This document shows positions 21,568 through 22,420 of a stretch of DNA of 22,420 bases, one piece after another. The stretch lies in contig CAZLEO010000158.1 of NCBI GenBank assembly GCA_964558555.1, forward strand, positions 1-22,420, in the 5' to 3' direction. How positions within the stretch are numbered: position 1 is the first letter of the stretch; every line of letters begins with the position of its first letter. The notes beneath the pieces were generated by a model that saw only the letters and a list, made by a program, of their open reading frames with translations, ran no database searches and was not told where the DNA came from. This stretch comes from an uncultured Rickettsiales bacterium. Lineage in GTDB: Bacteria; Myxococcota_A; UBA796; UBA9615; CAYRNR01. A program made the translations under genes and the position numbers.

Positions 21568-22420
21568 CTACCAGCTCTCGCCGTTGTGGTGATACTCGCC
21601 GTGGCACGAGCCGCTGGAGCACGTGCGCGCCCCCGGGTTCCACGTGATGCCCCCGCCCATCTGTAGCGCCACCGCGCCGTCCACGTGCAGCTGGGGCGCG
21701 ATCACCATCTGGTTGGAGTCGACCACCGAGCCGTGACAGCCCGAGCAGGTCACGCCCTCTTCGAGGTGGTCGCGGTGCTCGCCGCTCATCTGCGAGTTCC
21801 ACGCGGACGGACCCGAGCTGCGGTCCGGGTGGCAGGCCGAGCAGCCGTTGATGGGGGTGGTGAAGTCCGCGACGGTGCCGTTGTCCTGGCCTCGGTTGCC
21901 GTGGCAGTACAGGTTGGCGCATCCGCCGCCGCTGAAGCTGCCGGCCGGGCTGAGGCCGCCGCCCATCGTCACCTCGGCGCTGCCGGCCGTGGCGTCGAAC
22001 ACGTGGTCGCTGCTCAGCACGTCGGTGGGGGCGACGTGGCAGTGGGTGCAGTCGAGGGCAGCGTGGGTCGTCTGGGTCACGTGCTCGGTGTGCGAGCCCA
22101 CGGTGGGCAGGGACGAGGCCGTGGCGTCGTGCAGGTCCTCTGGCGGCGCGCCCAGGTTGTTGTCCGTGCCGCCGTGGCAGAAGGTGCAGTCGGTGCGCCA
22201 GCCAGCGTCGTGGCAGTCGTCGCAGCTGTCCGCGTCGCCGTCGCCGGTCAGGTCGGCGCCGTGGCAGTCGCGGCAGTCCGTCTGCTGCTCCTTCAGGGCG
22301 ATGCCGTGTTCCTCGGGCGCCTCGAAGCCGGCCGGGTGTTCGTCGTCATCGTCGTCGTCGTCATCCTCGTCGTCCTCGTCGTCCTCGTCGGCGGGGACAT
22401 AGTACTGCTGAAAGGAAAGC
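21568..22420 (-). CDS. Multihaem c-type cytochrome. The 5' end (N-terminus) lies beyond the window end.
   Basis: The minus-strand frame is open from the window end to TAG (21568-21570). The in-window translation begins ...LSFQQYYVPADEDDEDDEDDDDDDDEHPAGF... It then carries CRDCH, CDDCH, CTFCH, CTHCH, CANLYCH, CSACH, CSGCH and CSSGSCH: about eight CxxCH-type haem-binding motifs. The ORF track only reports from an internal GTG (22101). Confidence 0.85.
   Translation of the reverse strand, partial: LSFQQYYVPADEDDEDDEDDDDDDDDEHPAGFEAPEEHGIALKEQQTDCRDCHGADLTGDGDADSCDDCHDAGWRTDCTFCHGGTDNNLGAPPEDLHDATASSLPTVGSHTEHVTQTTHAALDCTHCHVAPTDVLSSDHVFDATAGSAEVTMGGGLSPAGSFSGGGCANLYCHGNRGQDNGTVADFTTPINGCSACHPDRSSGPSAWNSQMSGEHRDHLEEGVTCSGCHGSVVDSNQMVIAPQLHVDGAVALQMGGGITWNPGARTCSSGSCHGEYHHNGESW

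Noticed and set aside
21848-22402. Plus-strand ORF ending in a poly-Ser run
   Set aside because: It is antisense of the cytochrome's poly-Asp/Glu tether (GAC/GAG repeats read as TCG/TCC Ser on the other strand).

Overview
This is a 22.4 kb window of about 70% GC, densely coding on both strands. It holds about 21 protein genes, one tRNA, and essentially no obvious mobile DNA apart from a truncated IS200-like (Y1/HUH) transposase gene at the left edge.

Exported proteins dominate. At least eight predicted lipoproteins carry a poly-Asp/Glu low-complexity tether immediately after the lipobox Cys. One Cys-rich secreted protein ends in a MYXO-CTERM-like sorting tail (Cys motif, TM helix, RRRR), which together with the GC content points to a Myxococcota-like genome.

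Recognisable families are:
- an anaerobic-sulfatase-maturase-like radical SAM/SPASM enzyme
- an LtrA-like membrane protein
- an arylsulfotransferase-like beta-propeller
- a YVTN beta-propeller lipoprotein
- a PNGase F homologue
- a metallophosphoesterase
- an SPFH/Band-7 protein
- an Asp-box (BNR) beta-propeller lipoprotein
- a THUMP-domain RNA methyltransferase
- a multihaem c-type cytochrome (5' end outside the window)

The most interesting candidate system is the two-gene minus-strand unit at 1507-3232: an anSME-like rSAM/SPASM maturase preceded by a Tat-exported acidic 198-aa protein, not a sulfatase, whose C-terminus reads GGCSCSSVRW-RGRRRARR. This is a candidate for an undescribed post-translational modification pair.

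Other notable items:
- a class-I tRNA with a UGA anticodon and an acceptor-stem mismatch
- a roughly 490-nt structured non-coding region carrying a sigma70-like promoter with an embedded palindrome
- a thrice-repeated TGACGTCA palindrome in 5' regions
- a (GTCGACG)x7 tandem repeat
- a PNGase F/lipoprotein/zinc-ribbon operon

All calls are made from the sequence alone; no database searches were possible.
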